Source: Synergistaceae bacterium (lineage in GTDB: Bacteria > Synergistota > Synergistia > Synergistales > Aminobacteriaceae). Taken from it: 64,000 bases of DNA. How positions within the stretch are numbered: position 1 is the stretch's first letter; every line of letters begins with the position of its first letter. Shown in pieces: positions 11,956-21,873 of the stretch. Made by a program: the position numbers and the translations under genes. The stretch covers positions 39,084 through 103,083 of the forward strand of contig JAFSKV010000072.1 of NCBI GenBank assembly GCA_017448795.1, written 5' to 3'. The notes under the pieces were generated by a model, which was not told where the DNA came from, made no database searches, and saw nothing but the letters and a program-made list of their open reading frames with translations.

Positions 11956-12834
11956 TCAGAAGGAGTCCTTCGGCACTATAACTTCAGGTTTCACGTAGTC
12001 ATAGCCCGCATAAGTCCCGAAGCCCAAGAACGAGTCTCCCTCAACGCATATCTGCCCGTTCACGGAGACTCCCCGCGAGGCACTCAGGGCGTGGCGCAGG
12101 AGTATGCTCATCCCGTTTGTGAAGCTGGCCTCGTCCCGGCCTGAGACGCGGATACGGGTGAAGTTTTCGGCCAGTCTGCTCAACGGCAAGGGGACAATTT
12201 CGCCGTCCGGGTCCTGCGCGTCATCCAGCGTGAAATTCCCGGTCGACACTCTCACGAGGGATTTCACGAACGCCCCGCATCCCGCGATTTCTCCCAGGTC
12301 ATGAGCCAGAGAACGGATGTATGTCCCGCGCCCGCAGTGAACCTCAAGCGTCATTGTCCCGTCATCAGGATTGTAGGGAGCAAGTATCTTCACCCGCCGG
12401 AAGAACACAGGACGCGCCTTCATCTCCACATCCTGCCCGGAACGTGCGAGCTTGTAGGCCGGCTGACCGTCAATCTTCACCGCTGAAACCGCCGGGGGAG
12501 TCTGCATCCTGTAACCCGAAAACTGCCACAGGGCATCAGCAAGTTTCCCCCCGTCGACATCATCATAGCCGCGTTCCGACACAATATCGCCGGAATAATC
12601 GTAGGTGTTAGTCTCAGCTCCGAACTGAATCACAGCCCTGTAGACCTTCGGAAGGGACATGACATATTCGGCAAAACGTGTAGCGTTCCCGGTCAGCAGA
12701 ACGAGAAGCCCCGACGCTGTCGAGTCCAGAGTCCCGGAATGGCCGACCTTAACGCCGAGTTTCTTTTTCGCGACTGCCACGCACTTGGACGACCTGAAAT
12801 CTACGGGCTTATTGATGAGGATTACCGCGTTCAT
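11956..12834 (-). CDS. truB: tRNA pseudouridine(55) synthase
   Basis: Contains the catalytic-Asp motif GHSGTLDSTASGLLVLL. It sits in the nusA-infB operon context. Confidence 0.9.
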   Translation of the reverse strand: MNAVILINKPVDFRSSKCVAVAKKKLGVKVGHSGTLDSTASGLLVLLTGNATRFAEYVMSLPKVYRAVIQFGAETNTYDYSGDIVSERGYDDVDGGKLADALWQFSGYRMQTPPAVSAVKIDGQPAYKLARSGQDVEMKARPVFFRRVKILAPYNPDDGTMTLEVHCGRGTYIRSLAHDLGEIAGCGAFVKSLVRVSTGNFTLDDAQDPDGEIVPLPLSRLAENFTRIRVSGRDEASFTNGMSILLRHALSASRGVSVNGQICVEGDSFLGFGTYAGYDYVKPEVIVPKDSF

Positions 12835-13825
12835 GATATGCCTTCATGATTTCGTCCCTGAGCCTTGGGACGGCCTCGTCCGCCTGGACATCGAACGGGC
12901 AGCCCGCGGCTCTCTCATGGCCTCCTCCTCCGAACCTGCGCGCAAATTCCCCCGCACCGAACGGGCTTCCTTCCCGTGAACGCACACTGAGCCGTATTGT
13001 TCCGTCAGGATATTCCGTAGCCACAACAGCGAGCTTCACCCCACGCAAAGTCATGAACATCTGAGACAATCCTTCTGTCCCGGTCATGTCAGCCCCAGCC
13101 TCCCTGAAATCGTCAGCAAAAACCGCCGACACCGCGAATATATTTCCCGGCCCGAAAACCTGAACCCTCGACAATGCCCGCGCCCATAGCTGGAAGTCGG
13201 CGGGGTTCTTGTTCTGCCTGATGCGGTCGGCCATGACTGACGGCTCAACACCAAGAGTGATTAACGCCCCGGCTATGTTGTGGGTTGACTGTGTTGTGTT
13301 GGAGAAAGAGAAGCCTCCTGTGTCAGTGAATATCCCGGTGTAGAGAGACTCGGCAATCCGCGGGGTAATCTCCCAGTTCCCGGCCATGAATACGCGGTAG
13401 AGCATCTCGCATGTTGACGAGGCCAGACCGTACACGCAGTTCACACGGCCATATAGCGAGTTGTCCTCGTGGTGGTCAATGTTGAGGCTGTTGATGTTTG
13501 CTGACACGTCATAGCCTGAGACAGAGCGTATCTCAGTCGCGCAGTCGAGGAAGACATACAATGTCCCGTCATCCTTGAACGTGAAATCCTCACACGTCCT
13601 GAAGTCCTCAAAGTGTGCAAGATACCTGTATGTTTCCGGGAGTTTTTCGTCAGGGCTGAACCATGAGACATTTTTCCCGGCGTTGATCCCGGCCTCAAAG
13701 AGTGCTGTTGCTGACCCCACAGCGTCGCCGTCCGATTTCCTGTGCGTGAAGACTGCCCACGTGTCATGACCCCTGAGAGCGTCAGAAGCCTTGAAGAGAC
13801 TCGTAACGTCAAGTATCCTGTTCAT
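12809..13825 (-). CDS. nrnA: DHH/DHHA1 phosphoesterase (NrnA-like oligoribonuclease / pAp phosphatase)
   Basis: Contains HRKSDGDAVGS, IDHHE and GGGHERAAG. The start is taken at MNRILDV; alternatives lie at 13831 and 13834. Confidence 0.75.
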   Translation of the reverse strand: MNRILDVTSLFKASDALRGHDTWAVFTHRKSDGDAVGSATALFEAGINAGKNVSWFSPDEKLPETYRYLAHFEDFRTCEDFTFKDDGTLYVFLDCATEIRSVSGYDVSANINSLNIDHHEDNSLYGRVNCVYGLASSTCEMLYRVFMAGNWEITPRIAESLYTGIFTDTGGFSFSNTTQSTHNIAGALITLGVEPSVMADRIRQNKNPADFQLWARALSRVQVFGPGNIFAVSAVFADDFREAGADMTGTEGLSQMFMTLRGVKLAVVATEYPDGTIRLSVRSREGSPFGAGEFARRFGGGGHERAAGCPFDVQADEAVPRLRDEIMKAYHERGNPHQ

Positions 13826-14177
13826 CGTCATCATTCCCCTGGCGGTAATCCTGCCCGAATCCCAAGCTGTCGAGTATAGCGTCAATTTTCGCGCCGTAAG
13901 CACTCGACGTGTCAATCACGAACTCAAGCGCGGGTATCTTCCTCATCTTCACGGACTGGCCGAGCAACCCACGCACTGCCCCCTTGATCTCGTTCAGGTC
14001 GCGCAAGATTCCGGGACATTTCCGGGCTTCAAGGGCGGTGAAGTAAACTTTTGCCCGCTCCAAATCCTTTGTGCATTCCACGCCCGTTATGATGATAGTT
14101 TTGACGGACTCCTTCTTTATGCGGCTCTCGAAAATCAAAGCTAACTCGCGCTGAAGCTCCTTGTTGATGCGGGACAT
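13809..14177 (-). CDS. rbfA: Ribosome-binding factor A
   Basis: Starts MSRINKELQRELALIF and lies immediately downstream of infB. A GTG at 14195 that overlaps the infB stop is an alternative start. Confidence 0.85.
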   Translation of the reverse strand: MSRINKELQRELALIFESRIKKESVKTIIITGVECTKDLERAKVYFTALEARKCPGILRDLNEIKGAVRGLLGQSVKMRKIPALEFVIDTSSAYGAKIDAILDSLGFGQDYRQGNDDDEQDT

Positions 14178-14191
14178 TCTGAGATTTGTAC

Positions 14192-16150
14192 TCACAGTGT
14201 GCGCTTCTCCTCTATCACATCGTAGACTTCGAGAATGTCGCCCTCCCTGAAGTCCTGGAAGCCTTCAAGCGAAATCCCGCAGTCCATTCCTGCCTTGAGC
14301 TCGCGTGCCTCGTCCTTCTCGTGGCGCAGTGAGGCGATTTTCCCGTCCCATATCACGACACCGTCCCGGATTACCCGGACTCTTGCTGTCCTTCTGACGA
14401 CTCCGCGTGTTACGTGGGAGCCTGCTATAGTGCCGACTTTGGGGACGCGGAAGAGCTTCCTCACCTCGACCTCTCCCAGTGTGTCCTCACGGAGTACCGG
14501 CTTGAGGAGTCCTGACATGGCCGCTTTCACGTCATCCATAACGTCATATATCACGCTGTAAGTACGTATCTCGACACCGTTAAGCTCGGCGACTCTCTTT
14601 GCGTTGCTGTCAGCACGGACGTTGAAGCCCACGATTACGGCATTGGATGCTGACGCGAGCATTACATCACTCTCTGCTATACGGCCGCCTCCCCTGTGAA
14701 CGATCGAGACTCCCACCTCGTTGTTGCCGAGTTTCTCAAGAGACGCGCACAAAGCCTCAAGTGACCCCTGAACGTCGCACTTCACCACGAGATTCAGGTG
14801 TGGCATCTGTCCTTCCTCAAGGTTGGAATACAGATCCTCAAAGGATGCTTTCTTGACCTCAGCGGATGAGTCTCTTTCTGCTGACTTGGCGGCGGCTATA
14901 GCGTCCCTTGCTTCGCGCTCGGTCTTGACGACCTTGAACGACTCGCCGGGATTCGGCACTCCGTCAAGCCCAAGAATCTCAACGGGAGTGCTTGGACCTG
15001 CTTTCTTGAGTCCCTTCCCTGCCCAGTCGAACAAAGCGCGGATTTTCCCCCACGTCGAACCGAACAGCACTATATCCCCGGCCTTCAATGTTCCGTCTTT
15101 CACGATTACGGTTGCTACCGGGCCTTTGCCTTTGTCGAGCCTTGCCTCAATCACGACACCTTCCGGGTTAGCGTCAGGGCTGCCCTTCAGTTCCTGCATC
15201 TCGGCTTCAAGCAATACACGTTCCAGCAAATCTGGGACTCCTGTTCCTTGTTTTGCCGAAATCTCAACAGCTCCTACCTCACCGCCCCAGCCTTCAACAA
15301 ATATTCCCTGCTCGCTCAACTGCTGGCGGACTCTGTCTGGTTTTGCTCCCTGCTTGTCTATCTTGTTGATTGCGACTACTAGGGGTACACCTGCGGCCTT
15401 GATGTGGCTGATTGCTTCCAGTGTCTGCGGCATTAACCCGTCATCAGCGGCTACAACGAGTATCACTATGTCCGTAACGCTCGCGCCTCTTGCCCGCATC
15501 TCGGTGAAGGCCTCATGCCCCGGAGTGTCCAGGAACACGATGTCCTTGCCGTCCTGCCTCACGACATACGCGCCTATGTGCTGGGTTATGCCTCCTGCCT
15601 CGTGCGCGGCAATGCTTGAATGCCTTATGTTGTCGAGGAGGGTGGTCTTGCCGTGGTCTACATGTCCCATGACCGTAATTATCGGGGGGCGTTCGGTGAG
15701 TTTGGGCTGAGACTTGGGGGGCTGTGAGCTGGCTGGCTTCTGTGGCTGGATTGGGGTTTGAGGCCGGGGCTGTGTCTGGGGCTTCTGGGACTGGCCGTGA
15801 GTCTGATTCTGCGGACGGGGCTGGCTGTTGGGATTTCCGCGGCGGTCATGATGCTTTGAGGGTTTCTGCCCGTGTTCCTGCTTGTCATGATTCATCGGCT
15901 CTATCTCCCTTTCAGGCTGCATATCGTCGTCAGGCTTGCCCTGTTTTTCGGGACGGGCTGAAGGTTTCTCTTGGGACTTGGGCTCGTTTCCCTCTGTGAT
16001 TATGTTCTCGACTATCTGCGCTGTTTCCTCGTCAATGCTGCTTGAGTGGGATTTCACAGGTATATCCAGCTGCTGTAACACGGCCAATAATTCTTTGTTG
16101 CTCTTGTTGAGTTTTCTGGCTAGGTCGTAGATTCTTATCTTGTTGTTCAA
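14192..16150 (-). CDS. infB: Translation initiation factor IF-2
   Basis: G domain strings [22 protein letters not shown] and NKID. There is an N-terminal Gln/Pro-rich variable region. Confidence 0.95.
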   Translation of the reverse strand: MNNKIRIYDLARKLNKSNKELLAVLQQLDIPVKSHSSSIDEETAQIVENIITEGNEPKSQEKPSARPEKQGKPDDDMQPEREIEPMNHDKQEHGQKPSKHHDRRGNPNSQPRPQNQTHGQSQKPQTQPRPQTPIQPQKPASSQPPKSQPKLTERPPIITVMGHVDHGKTTLLDNIRHSSIAAHEAGGITQHIGAYVVRQDGKDIVFLDTPGHEAFTEMRARGASVTDIVILVVAADDGLMPQTLEAISHIKAAGVPLVVAINKIDKQGAKPDRVRQQLSEQGIFVEGWGGEVGAVEISAKQGTGVPDLLERVLLEAEMQELKGSPDANPEGVVIEARLDKGKGPVATVIVKDGTLKAGDIVLFGSTWGKIRALFDWAGKGLKKAGPSTPVEILGLDGVPNPGESFKVVKTEREARDAIAAAKSAERDSSAEVKKASFEDLYSNLEEGQMPHLNLVVKCDVQGSLEALCASLEKLGNNEVGVSIVHRGGGRIAESDVMLASASNAVIVGFNVRADSNAKRVAELNGVEIRTYSVIYDVMDDVKAAMSGLLKPVLREDTLGEVEVRKLFRVPKVGTIAGSHVTRGVVRRTARVRVIRDGVVIWDGKIASLRHEKDEARELKAGMDCGISLEGFQDFREGDILEVYDVIEEKRTL

Positions 16151-16743
16151 ATAGCGTTTCCCCTTTCTGCAATATTCAGGCTCATTATTTTTTTCGCAAA
16201 ACCTGAAGCGAGGGGCAGCCCCACAATCTGAACGCCGCCCCTTGCCCCGATAACTTCACTCAGCTCATCACTGCCCATGCCAAGCGCGATATTCTCACGG
16301 GAAGCCGCAAACCTCTTCACGCCCTCCGAGCAGTCTGACGCTGTCATCACCAAAACTTTCCGCCTCTCACGCTCTATATTCTCCGTCCCAACAAGAAGCG
16401 TGCCTGATTTCCTCGCAAGCCCAAGAACAGAACGGATCTTCACGTCCTTGCTGACTGAAAAATTCTCCGCATAACTCAGGAGTTCAGGCCAGAAATCTTC
16501 GCCTATAACCGTTCCGATTGCGTTTGCTAGTTTTCCTGATTTCCGCGCCCTCTCTATGCATTCTGAATCCGGGCAGATGTAAGCCCCGCGCCCCGGAAGT
16601 TTCTTCGCTGTGTCGATTACGGCGAGGCCTTCCGGGCTTCTCACGATGCGAATCAGATCCGGCTTGTCGGCTTTCACCCGGCATACAGTACAGCTTCTCT
16701 GCGGAACGTGCTTAGTGCTTTTCGTCGTCGCTGAATACGTCAT
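16147..16743 (-). CDS. YlxR (DUF448)-like RNA-binding domain fused to an L7Ae/YlxQ-like domain
   Basis: YlxR part: RSCTVCRVKADKPDLIRIV...GRGAYIC. YlxQ-like part: LGLARKSGTLLVGTENI...VLVMTASDCSE...FAKKIMSL. The start is taken at 16743. Confidence 0.75.
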   Translation of the reverse strand: MTYSATTKSTKHVPQRSCTVCRVKADKPDLIRIVRSPEGLAVIDTAKKLPGRGAYICPDSECIERARKSGKLANAIGTVIGEDFWPELLSYAENFSVSKDVKIRSVLGLARKSGTLLVGTENIERERRKVLVMTASDCSEGVKRFAASRENIALGMGSDELSEVIGARGGVQIVGLPLASGFAKKIMSLNIAERGNAI

Positions 16744-17833
16744 GGAATATATCCTTAAGCGTCGGCATCCTCTCAGGCTCAAGCGTGGAAATGTTGACCT
16801 TCCAGCCTGTGAGCTTTGCGGCCAGCCTGACATTCTGCCCTGCCTTCCCTATGGCTAATGAAAGCTGGTCGGGGTAAACATAAGCTGTTGCCTCGCGCTC
16901 ATGGTCAAGGACAGGCTCAACGCGCGCGACCTGGGCAGGAGATAACGCGTTCTTTATGTACACTAGAGGATCATTGCTGAAGACGACAACATCAATCTTC
17001 TCATTCCTGAGAGCGGAGCTTACGGCCTTGATTCTTGTCCCGCTGCTGCCTACGCACGCTCCCACAGGGTCAACGTCAGGGTCAAGCGTAACAAGTGAGA
17101 CTTTTGCGCGCATCCCTCCGTCTCTGACAATGTTCTTGATCTCTATTACACCCTGCTGAATTTCGGGTATCTCGATCTCCATGAGCCTCTTGAGGAGTCC
17201 GGGGTGAGTGCGTGAGACTGTTATTCTAGGACCTCGTATGTTGTTCTTCACGTCAAGCACGTAGAACTTCATCGTCGTCCCGGGAATGTATTTCTCGCCC
17301 TGTATCCTCTCACGGCGGGGAAGGGTCGCGTCTGTCTTGTCGCTGAGATGAATTATTATCTGGTCGCCGTCAATCTTGAACACAGTTCCGTTCACCACAT
17401 CCCCGACCTTGTCAGCAAACGCGCTGTAGACTACCCTTCTTTCCTCATCCCTGAGTCTCTGTGTGATGACCTGCCTGGCTGTCTGTGCGGCTATCCTCCC
17501 GAAATCTGTGGGGTTGCGCTCAATCCTGATTATGCCTCCAAGCGCGGCCGTGCTGTCGATTGCCAGTGCATCATCTAGGGTGATTTCGTGTTCCGGGTCT
17601 TTGGGGGAATCTACTACTTTCCGAAGCTCGTTTACGGTTATGTCTCCTGTGTCGTGGTCTATCCTGATTTCCGTGTTCTTGTCGCTTGTTGTCCCTGTGC
17701 TTCCTGGATGATACTTCCTGTTATAGGCCGAAGAAAGAGCCGCCTCAATCGTCGAGATTATCACGTCAACGTCAAGCCCGCGCTCCTCAGCAAGACTGTC
17801 AAGAGCATCGATAAATTCACGCCCAAGACGCAT
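16712..17833 (-). CDS. nusA: Transcription termination/antitermination factor NusA
   Basis: Has N-terminal, S1 and tandem KH domains (VGACVGSSGTRIK, AIGKAGQNVRLAAKLTGW). At 373 aa it lacks the acidic repeat domains. Confidence 0.95.
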   Translation of the reverse strand: MRLGREFIDALDSLAEERGLDVDVIISTIEAALSSAYNRKYHPGSTGTTSDKNTEIRIDHDTGDITVNELRKVVDSPKDPEHEITLDDALAIDSTAALGGIIRIERNPTDFGRIAAQTARQVITQRLRDEERRVVYSAFADKVGDVVNGTVFKIDGDQIIIHLSDKTDATLPRRERIQGEKYIPGTTMKFYVLDVKNNIRGPRITVSRTHPGLLKRLMEIEIPEIQQGVIEIKNIVRDGGMRAKVSLVTLDPDVDPVGACVGSSGTRIKAVSSALRNEKIDVVVFSNDPLVYIKNALSPAQVARVEPVLDHEREATAYVYPDQLSLAIGKAGQNVRLAAKLTGWKVNISTLEPERMPTLKDIFHDVFSDDEKH

Positions 17834-18336
17834 TATTTCTTCCCCCTTTTGTTTCGTTTACCTTTGTCCTTGTCATCATTGAACCTGTATACTAGGTTTC
17901 CTCCTCTGATTGATGAAAACGGTATGTCTGTCTCCTGCCCGTCGCAGATGATTGTTACAGTCCCTTCTGCTGACCGCTGTATTGTCCCGGTGAAAGTCTT
18001 GCGTCCTCCTATAGGATCTGACAGCCTGAGCCGTGCTTCCCTGCCCTGAAATCTCGCGTAGTCCTCCGGCTTGTAGAGGGGGCGTTCAATTCCCGGTGAG
18101 CTGACTTCCAGATAGTAGCGTCCTTTGTCGAGCTCCGGGATGTCTGAGGCCTCGTCAAGATAGCCGCTTACCTTCCCGGAAACAAGCTCACAGTCCCCGG
18201 CGTTGATGCCTCCGAGCGTGTCAATGAGTATCTGGAGCTTGAGCCTTCCGAAATCTGAGCGCAGGCTTACATGTACGCATTCATATCCAAGGCTCTCAAC
18301 GATGTCTTCGATGTTGCGCAAAAAATTTTCATTCAT
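17833..18336 (-). CDS. rimP: Ribosome maturation factor RimP
   Basis: First gene of the nusA operon. Contains LEVSSPGIERPL. ATG at 18336. The C-terminal tail is Lys-rich. Confidence 0.85.
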   Translation of the reverse strand: MNENFLRNIEDIVESLGYECVHVSLRSDFGRLKLQILIDTLGGINAGDCELVSGKVSGYLDEASDIPELDKGRYYLEVSSPGIERPLYKPEDYARFQGREARLRLSDPIGGRKTFTGTIQRSAEGTVTIICDGQETDIPFSSIRGGNLVYRFNDDKDKGKRNKRGKK

Positions 18337-18370
18337 GATATTCACTCTCAACCCGATAAAACTTGCATAA

Positions 18371-18402
18371 CAAAAAAGGAGCGGGGATTGCCCAACTCCT
18401 TT
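18371..18402 (-). terminator. Terminator-like hairpin in the rimP-nusA-infB leader (possible attenuator)
   Basis: Minus-strand RNA reads GGAGUUGGG-CAAU-CCCCGCUCC followed by UUUUUU. It lies between the predicted promoter and the rimP start. Confidence 0.4.
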
Positions 18403-18430
18403 CACGATAAATTGTCATGAAATTAAACGG

Positions 18431-18458
18431 ATTATAGCGCAAAAATTTTCTGGCGCAA
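18431..18458 (-). promoter_or_regulatory. Sigma70-type promoter candidate for the rimP operon
   Basis: On the minus strand: TTGCGC, a 16-nt spacer, then TATAAT. Confidence 0.4.
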
Positions 18459-18507
18459 GTATTCAGGCTTTAACGCCCCGAATTTTTGTCCGCATAAAAT
18501 CCCCTAG

Positions 18508-19440
18508 CTATTCCCATCTCCTGTAGAGGCTAGCGAGCAATGCCCCGGAAATATTGTGCCACACGCTGAACAACGCCCCCGGTACTGTCGCCATTGTCAG
18601 AGAAGGAAACGCTGACCCCGCAAGACTCGTAGCAAGCCCGGAGTTCTGCATACCTACTTCGATTGAGATTGCCTTAGTCTGTGAGACGCTGAAGCCGAGA
18701 ATTTTCCCCAGAACGAACCCGCAAAGGTAGCCCAGCATGTTGTGAAGGATAACGACAGCGAACACAAGCCATCCTGTTGACATTATGCGCCCGGCATTGT
18801 GTGAGACCACGCAGGCCACTATGAGGCAGATAGCCGTAACGCTGACGGCCGGGAGAATGTCGGCGAGGGTCTCGGAGATTCGTGGAAGCAACTTGTTGAT
18901 GACGAACCCGAAAATTATCGGCACAATCACGACCTGCACTATCGACACGAACATTGCCACAACGTCAACGCTGACTGTTGTACGAAGGATGAAGTACGTG
19001 ATGGCTGGTGTTAGGAGCGGGGCAAGCAGAGTGTTGACGCTGGTCATTCCGACAGACAGGGCGACATCCCCGCGGGACAGGTACGTGATGACGTTGCTTG
19101 ACGTTCCGCCGGGACATGTACCGACAAGAACGACTCCCGCCATAAGCGCCGCGTCGAGTCCGAAAACTAGGCTCAGTCCCCACGCTAGGGCAGGCATTAT
19201 CGTGAACTGTGAGATTGTCCCGATGAGAATGTACTTAGGGTGAGTGAAGACGGGGGCGAAGTCGCTTATCCTGAGAGTGAGTCCCATTCCGAACATTATC
19301 ACCATCAGGAGCGGGTTGATCCAGCCAGTTTGAATCCACAACGACGACTCAGGAACGAACAATGCCAGCGCGGTAACAACGACAACAATCCCGGCCATGT
19401 AGCGGCCGAATGCCCCGCTGATTTTGCGGAGAATATCCAT
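18508..19440 (-). CDS. Bile acid:sodium symporter (BASS) family transporter
   Basis: About 10 TM segments with BASS-like strings (GMGLTL, GTCPGGTSSNV, IEVGMQNSGLA). The start at 19440 is MDILRK; the longer ORF extension is Arg/Ser-rich and implausible. Confidence 0.8.
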   Translation of the reverse strand: MDILRKISGAFGRYMAGIVVVVTALALFVPESSLWIQTGWINPLLMVIMFGMGLTLRISDFAPVFTHPKYILIGTISQFTIMPALAWGLSLVFGLDAALMAGVVLVGTCPGGTSSNVITYLSRGDVALSVGMTSVNTLLAPLLTPAITYFILRTTVSVDVVAMFVSIVQVVIVPIIFGFVINKLLPRISETLADILPAVSVTAICLIVACVVSHNAGRIMSTGWLVFAVVILHNMLGYLCGFVLGKILGFSVSQTKAISIEVGMQNSGLATSLAGSAFPSLTMATVPGALFSVWHNISGALLASLYRRWE

Positions 19441-19462
19441 GATTATCACCTTCCGCCGGATA

Positions 19463-20392
19463 TTATGACACAGTCCGCCCCTCAAGCATCCATGACTCGA
19501 ACGCGCATATGTCCTCATTCCCGGCAATGAACTCCTCAAGCTCGGCGGTGAACGTGTCGATTGCGGTCTTGCGGCGTTGAGTGGGGTATCTGTTCGTGAG
19601 CATGTAGCATATTCTCGGCGATGGCGGCTCATCAAGCGTGTAGTATGTCAGGTTCTCGCGGTGGGATATTGCCCTCACAACAGACATCGGAGCTACTGCC
19701 CACCGTCCAGGAACGTCAAGGTAGTGCTGTAGCATTGAGCCTGTGTTGACGCTGACGAGAGGGTAGCGGTCAGGGGGGAAGAAGCGGTTGTGCCACTGCT
19801 GGAAGTCGAGCCCCCAGTGAAGGTATACCTCGTCTTCCGGCTGAAGCTCACCGCATGGCATGTTGTCGTGATACGGGCTGTCCTTGTGGCAGATTAGGTA
19901 CATGAGTTCGCGGTAGACCGGGCGCGAAATTATGTCGGGGTATGGAGAGCGCGAGAAGACGAAGCCAATATCCGCCGTCCTGTTAGAGATGAGGCCGTGA
20001 ATTTCGTCGGAATGGTGGGTGCGTATGGTGAGGCGTATGTTCGGGAAGGCCTCTATGTGCCTGCTGAAGAGTGGTACGAACGTGCAGTTGTTCACCGCGT
20101 CGACGCTGGCCACTGAGAGCGTGAGGATGTTCGCGAGGGTGCGGAGGTTCCTGCTGTCCTTGAAGGATGATGCGCACTGCGAGGCTATGGGGATGAACGC
20201 CTGGCCGTATGCTGTGAGTTCGATGCTCCTGTGTCCTTTGCTGCGTATCAGGAGGGGCGCGCCCAGCTCTTCCTCTAGGAGCTGGATTCTTGATGATACC
20301 GCTGACTGTGAGACGTGGAGGAAATTCGAGGCTGATGTTATGTTGCCGTAAGTCATCACAGCTATGAAGGTTTCAATCTGCTCATACGTCAT
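19463..20392 (-). CDS. LysR family transcriptional regulator
   Basis: N-terminal wHTH MTYEQIETFIAVMTYGNITSASNFLHVSQSAVSSRIQLLEEELG. It is about 300 aa and divergent from a transporter operon. Confidence 0.85.
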   Translation of the reverse strand: MTYEQIETFIAVMTYGNITSASNFLHVSQSAVSSRIQLLEEELGAPLLIRSKGHRSIELTAYGQAFIPIASQCASSFKDSRNLRTLANILTLSVASVDAVNNCTFVPLFSRHIEAFPNIRLTIRTHHSDEIHGLISNRTADIGFVFSRSPYPDIISRPVYRELMYLICHKDSPYHDNMPCGELQPEDEVYLHWGLDFQQWHNRFFPPDRYPLVSVNTGSMLQHYLDVPGRWAVAPMSVVRAISHRENLTYYTLDEPPSPRICYMLTNRYPTQRRKTAIDTFTAELEEFIAGNEDICAFESWMLEGRTVS

Positions 20393-20429
20393 TCTTCACT
20401 CACCGCCGGGAAAATTAGCTGCTGCCGCG

Positions 20430-20449
20430 ATAATGTATATCTGAATTAT
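20430..20449. promoter_or_regulatory. Candidate LysR-type binding site
   Basis: Inverted repeat ATAAT-N10-ATTAT in the divergent intergenic region. Confidence 0.25.
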
Positions 20450-20535
20450 TCGTTTTACGGGGATTTCTTCGTCTGATAGTATACACCCATTCCAAAGCGC
20501 GGAGGAAAATCTGAATCACAACGGAGGCAGAAAGA

Positions 20536-21858
20536 ATGAATCTGCTAATGGACTTCATGATACTCAATATTTTTCTCGGACTAGGCTGGTTCGTGCGCGA
20601 GAAATTCCCCGTGCTTCAGAGAATCTTCATGCCCTCGTCAGTAGTCGGCGGAATACTTCTCCTAATCTGCGGCCCCCAGGTCCTCAACATCGTGCCCATC
20701 TCCCCGATGATAGCCAAGTACCCGGGCTTCCTCATCAACATAATACTGACCTGCCTTGTCTTCGGTACACGCTTTGACCGCAAGAGGGCGCGTTCATACA
20801 TGGACTACACGCTTGTTGCCGCCGGGACTTACGGGGCGCAGCTGTTCTTCGGCGTTGGGATTGGCGCATTGCTCTCGAAAGTCTGGACTGCCATGCCTCC
20901 AAACTGGGGAATCTGCGCGATATACTCATTCTTCGCCGGACACGGGGCAGCAGGAAGCGCGGCCGCAATCTTCACGGAGAAAGGCTACCCTGACTTCATG
21001 GGAATCTCAATGGTTGTCGCGACTGTAGGACTCGTTGCCGCACTCACAATCGGTATGCCGCTGTTGAACTGGGGAATACGCAAGGGCTACTGTGAGTTTG
21101 TCGACAAGCCCGAAAAGCTCCCGCCAGATTACTACGGAGGCCCTATGCCGCCCGAAAAGCAGACTCCCATCGGCACGGTCAAGACCTCGACCGCCGGAAT
21201 CAACGCGATTGCGCTTCAGATGTTCTTCATCTCGCTGTGCATGATGCTCGGCTACGTTATCAGGCTCGCGGGAGTAACCTACATTTCCCCCTACTTCAAG
21301 AATGTGAATGACCTCGTTCTCGGAATAATCGGGGCGATAATCATCTGGCCGGTGATGTGCAGGACAGGGGCGGATGTCTACGTCGACAAGAAAACCTGCT
21401 CCAACATAAGCGGCTTCTGCCTCGAATACCTCATTGTGTCAGCCGTCGGAACTATCAGCGTCAGCGCGATGGTCTCATTCATCATCCCCATCACGATTTA
21501 CTGCGTCTTGATGCTCGCGGTTCTCACGTTCCTTTACGTCTGGATGAGCGCGAGAATCTGCAAGGAACAGTGGTTCGAGAAGATGGTCGTCGTCTTCGGG
21601 CAGTGCATAGGGAACGCGGCTACAGGCCTCACACTTTTACGGTGCATTGACCCCAAGAACGAGAGCTGCGCGGGCGATGCCGGGGGAATGGGATTGTTCC
21701 TGTTCATGCCGATATGGGTCGGGATGATTGCGGTCGGCCCGGAGCTTGCTGTGCTTGAGAACGGGACATTGATGCTGATGGGATTCGGCGCGGGATTGAT
21801 GGCCGTGTGCTACGGAATCGGACTCATCTTCATGAACACGAAACGAAAAATATTCTAG
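20536..21858 (+). CDS. GltS-like sodium/solute symporter (ESS family-like)
   Basis: 440 aa and polytopic. The N-terminal layout resembles GltS (PSSVVGGILLL, FFAGHGAAGSAAAIF). This assignment rests on memory of the family pattern only. Confidence 0.55.
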   Translation: MNLLMDFMILNIFLGLGWFVREKFPVLQRIFMPSSVVGGILLLICGPQVLNIVPISPMIAKYPGFLINIILTCLVFGTRFDRKRARSYMDYTLVAAGTYGAQLFFGVGIGALLSKVWTAMPPNWGICAIYSFFAGHGAAGSAAAIFTEKGYPDFMGISMVVATVGLVAALTIGMPLLNWGIRKGYCEFVDKPEKLPPDYYGGPMPPEKQTPIGTVKTSTAGINAIALQMFFISLCMMLGYVIRLAGVTYISPYFKNVNDLVLGIIGAIIIWPVMCRTGADVYVDKKTCSNISGFCLEYLIVSAVGTISVSAMVSFIIPITIYCVLMLAVLTFLYVWMSARICKEQWFEKMVVVFGQCIGNAATGLTLLRCIDPKNESCAGDAGGMGLFLFMPIWVGMIAVGPELAVLENGTLMLMGFGAGLMAVCYGIGLIFMNTKRKIF

Positions 21859-21873
21859 CCAGGAGGAATTATC

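Noticed and set aside
14823-15710. A 295-aa plus-strand ORF.
   Set aside because: It is antisense to the infB G domain and is Ser/Pro/Ala-rich low-complexity sequence. It is a shadow ORF. The same reasoning applies to 33141-33653, 34833-35360, 38072-38710, 55274-56002 and 60743-61309.
15700-15900. A Gln/Pro-rich low-complexity stretch ([29 protein letters not shown]) in IF-2.
   Set aside because: IF-2 N-terminal regions are normally variable and low-complexity. This is not a separate feature.
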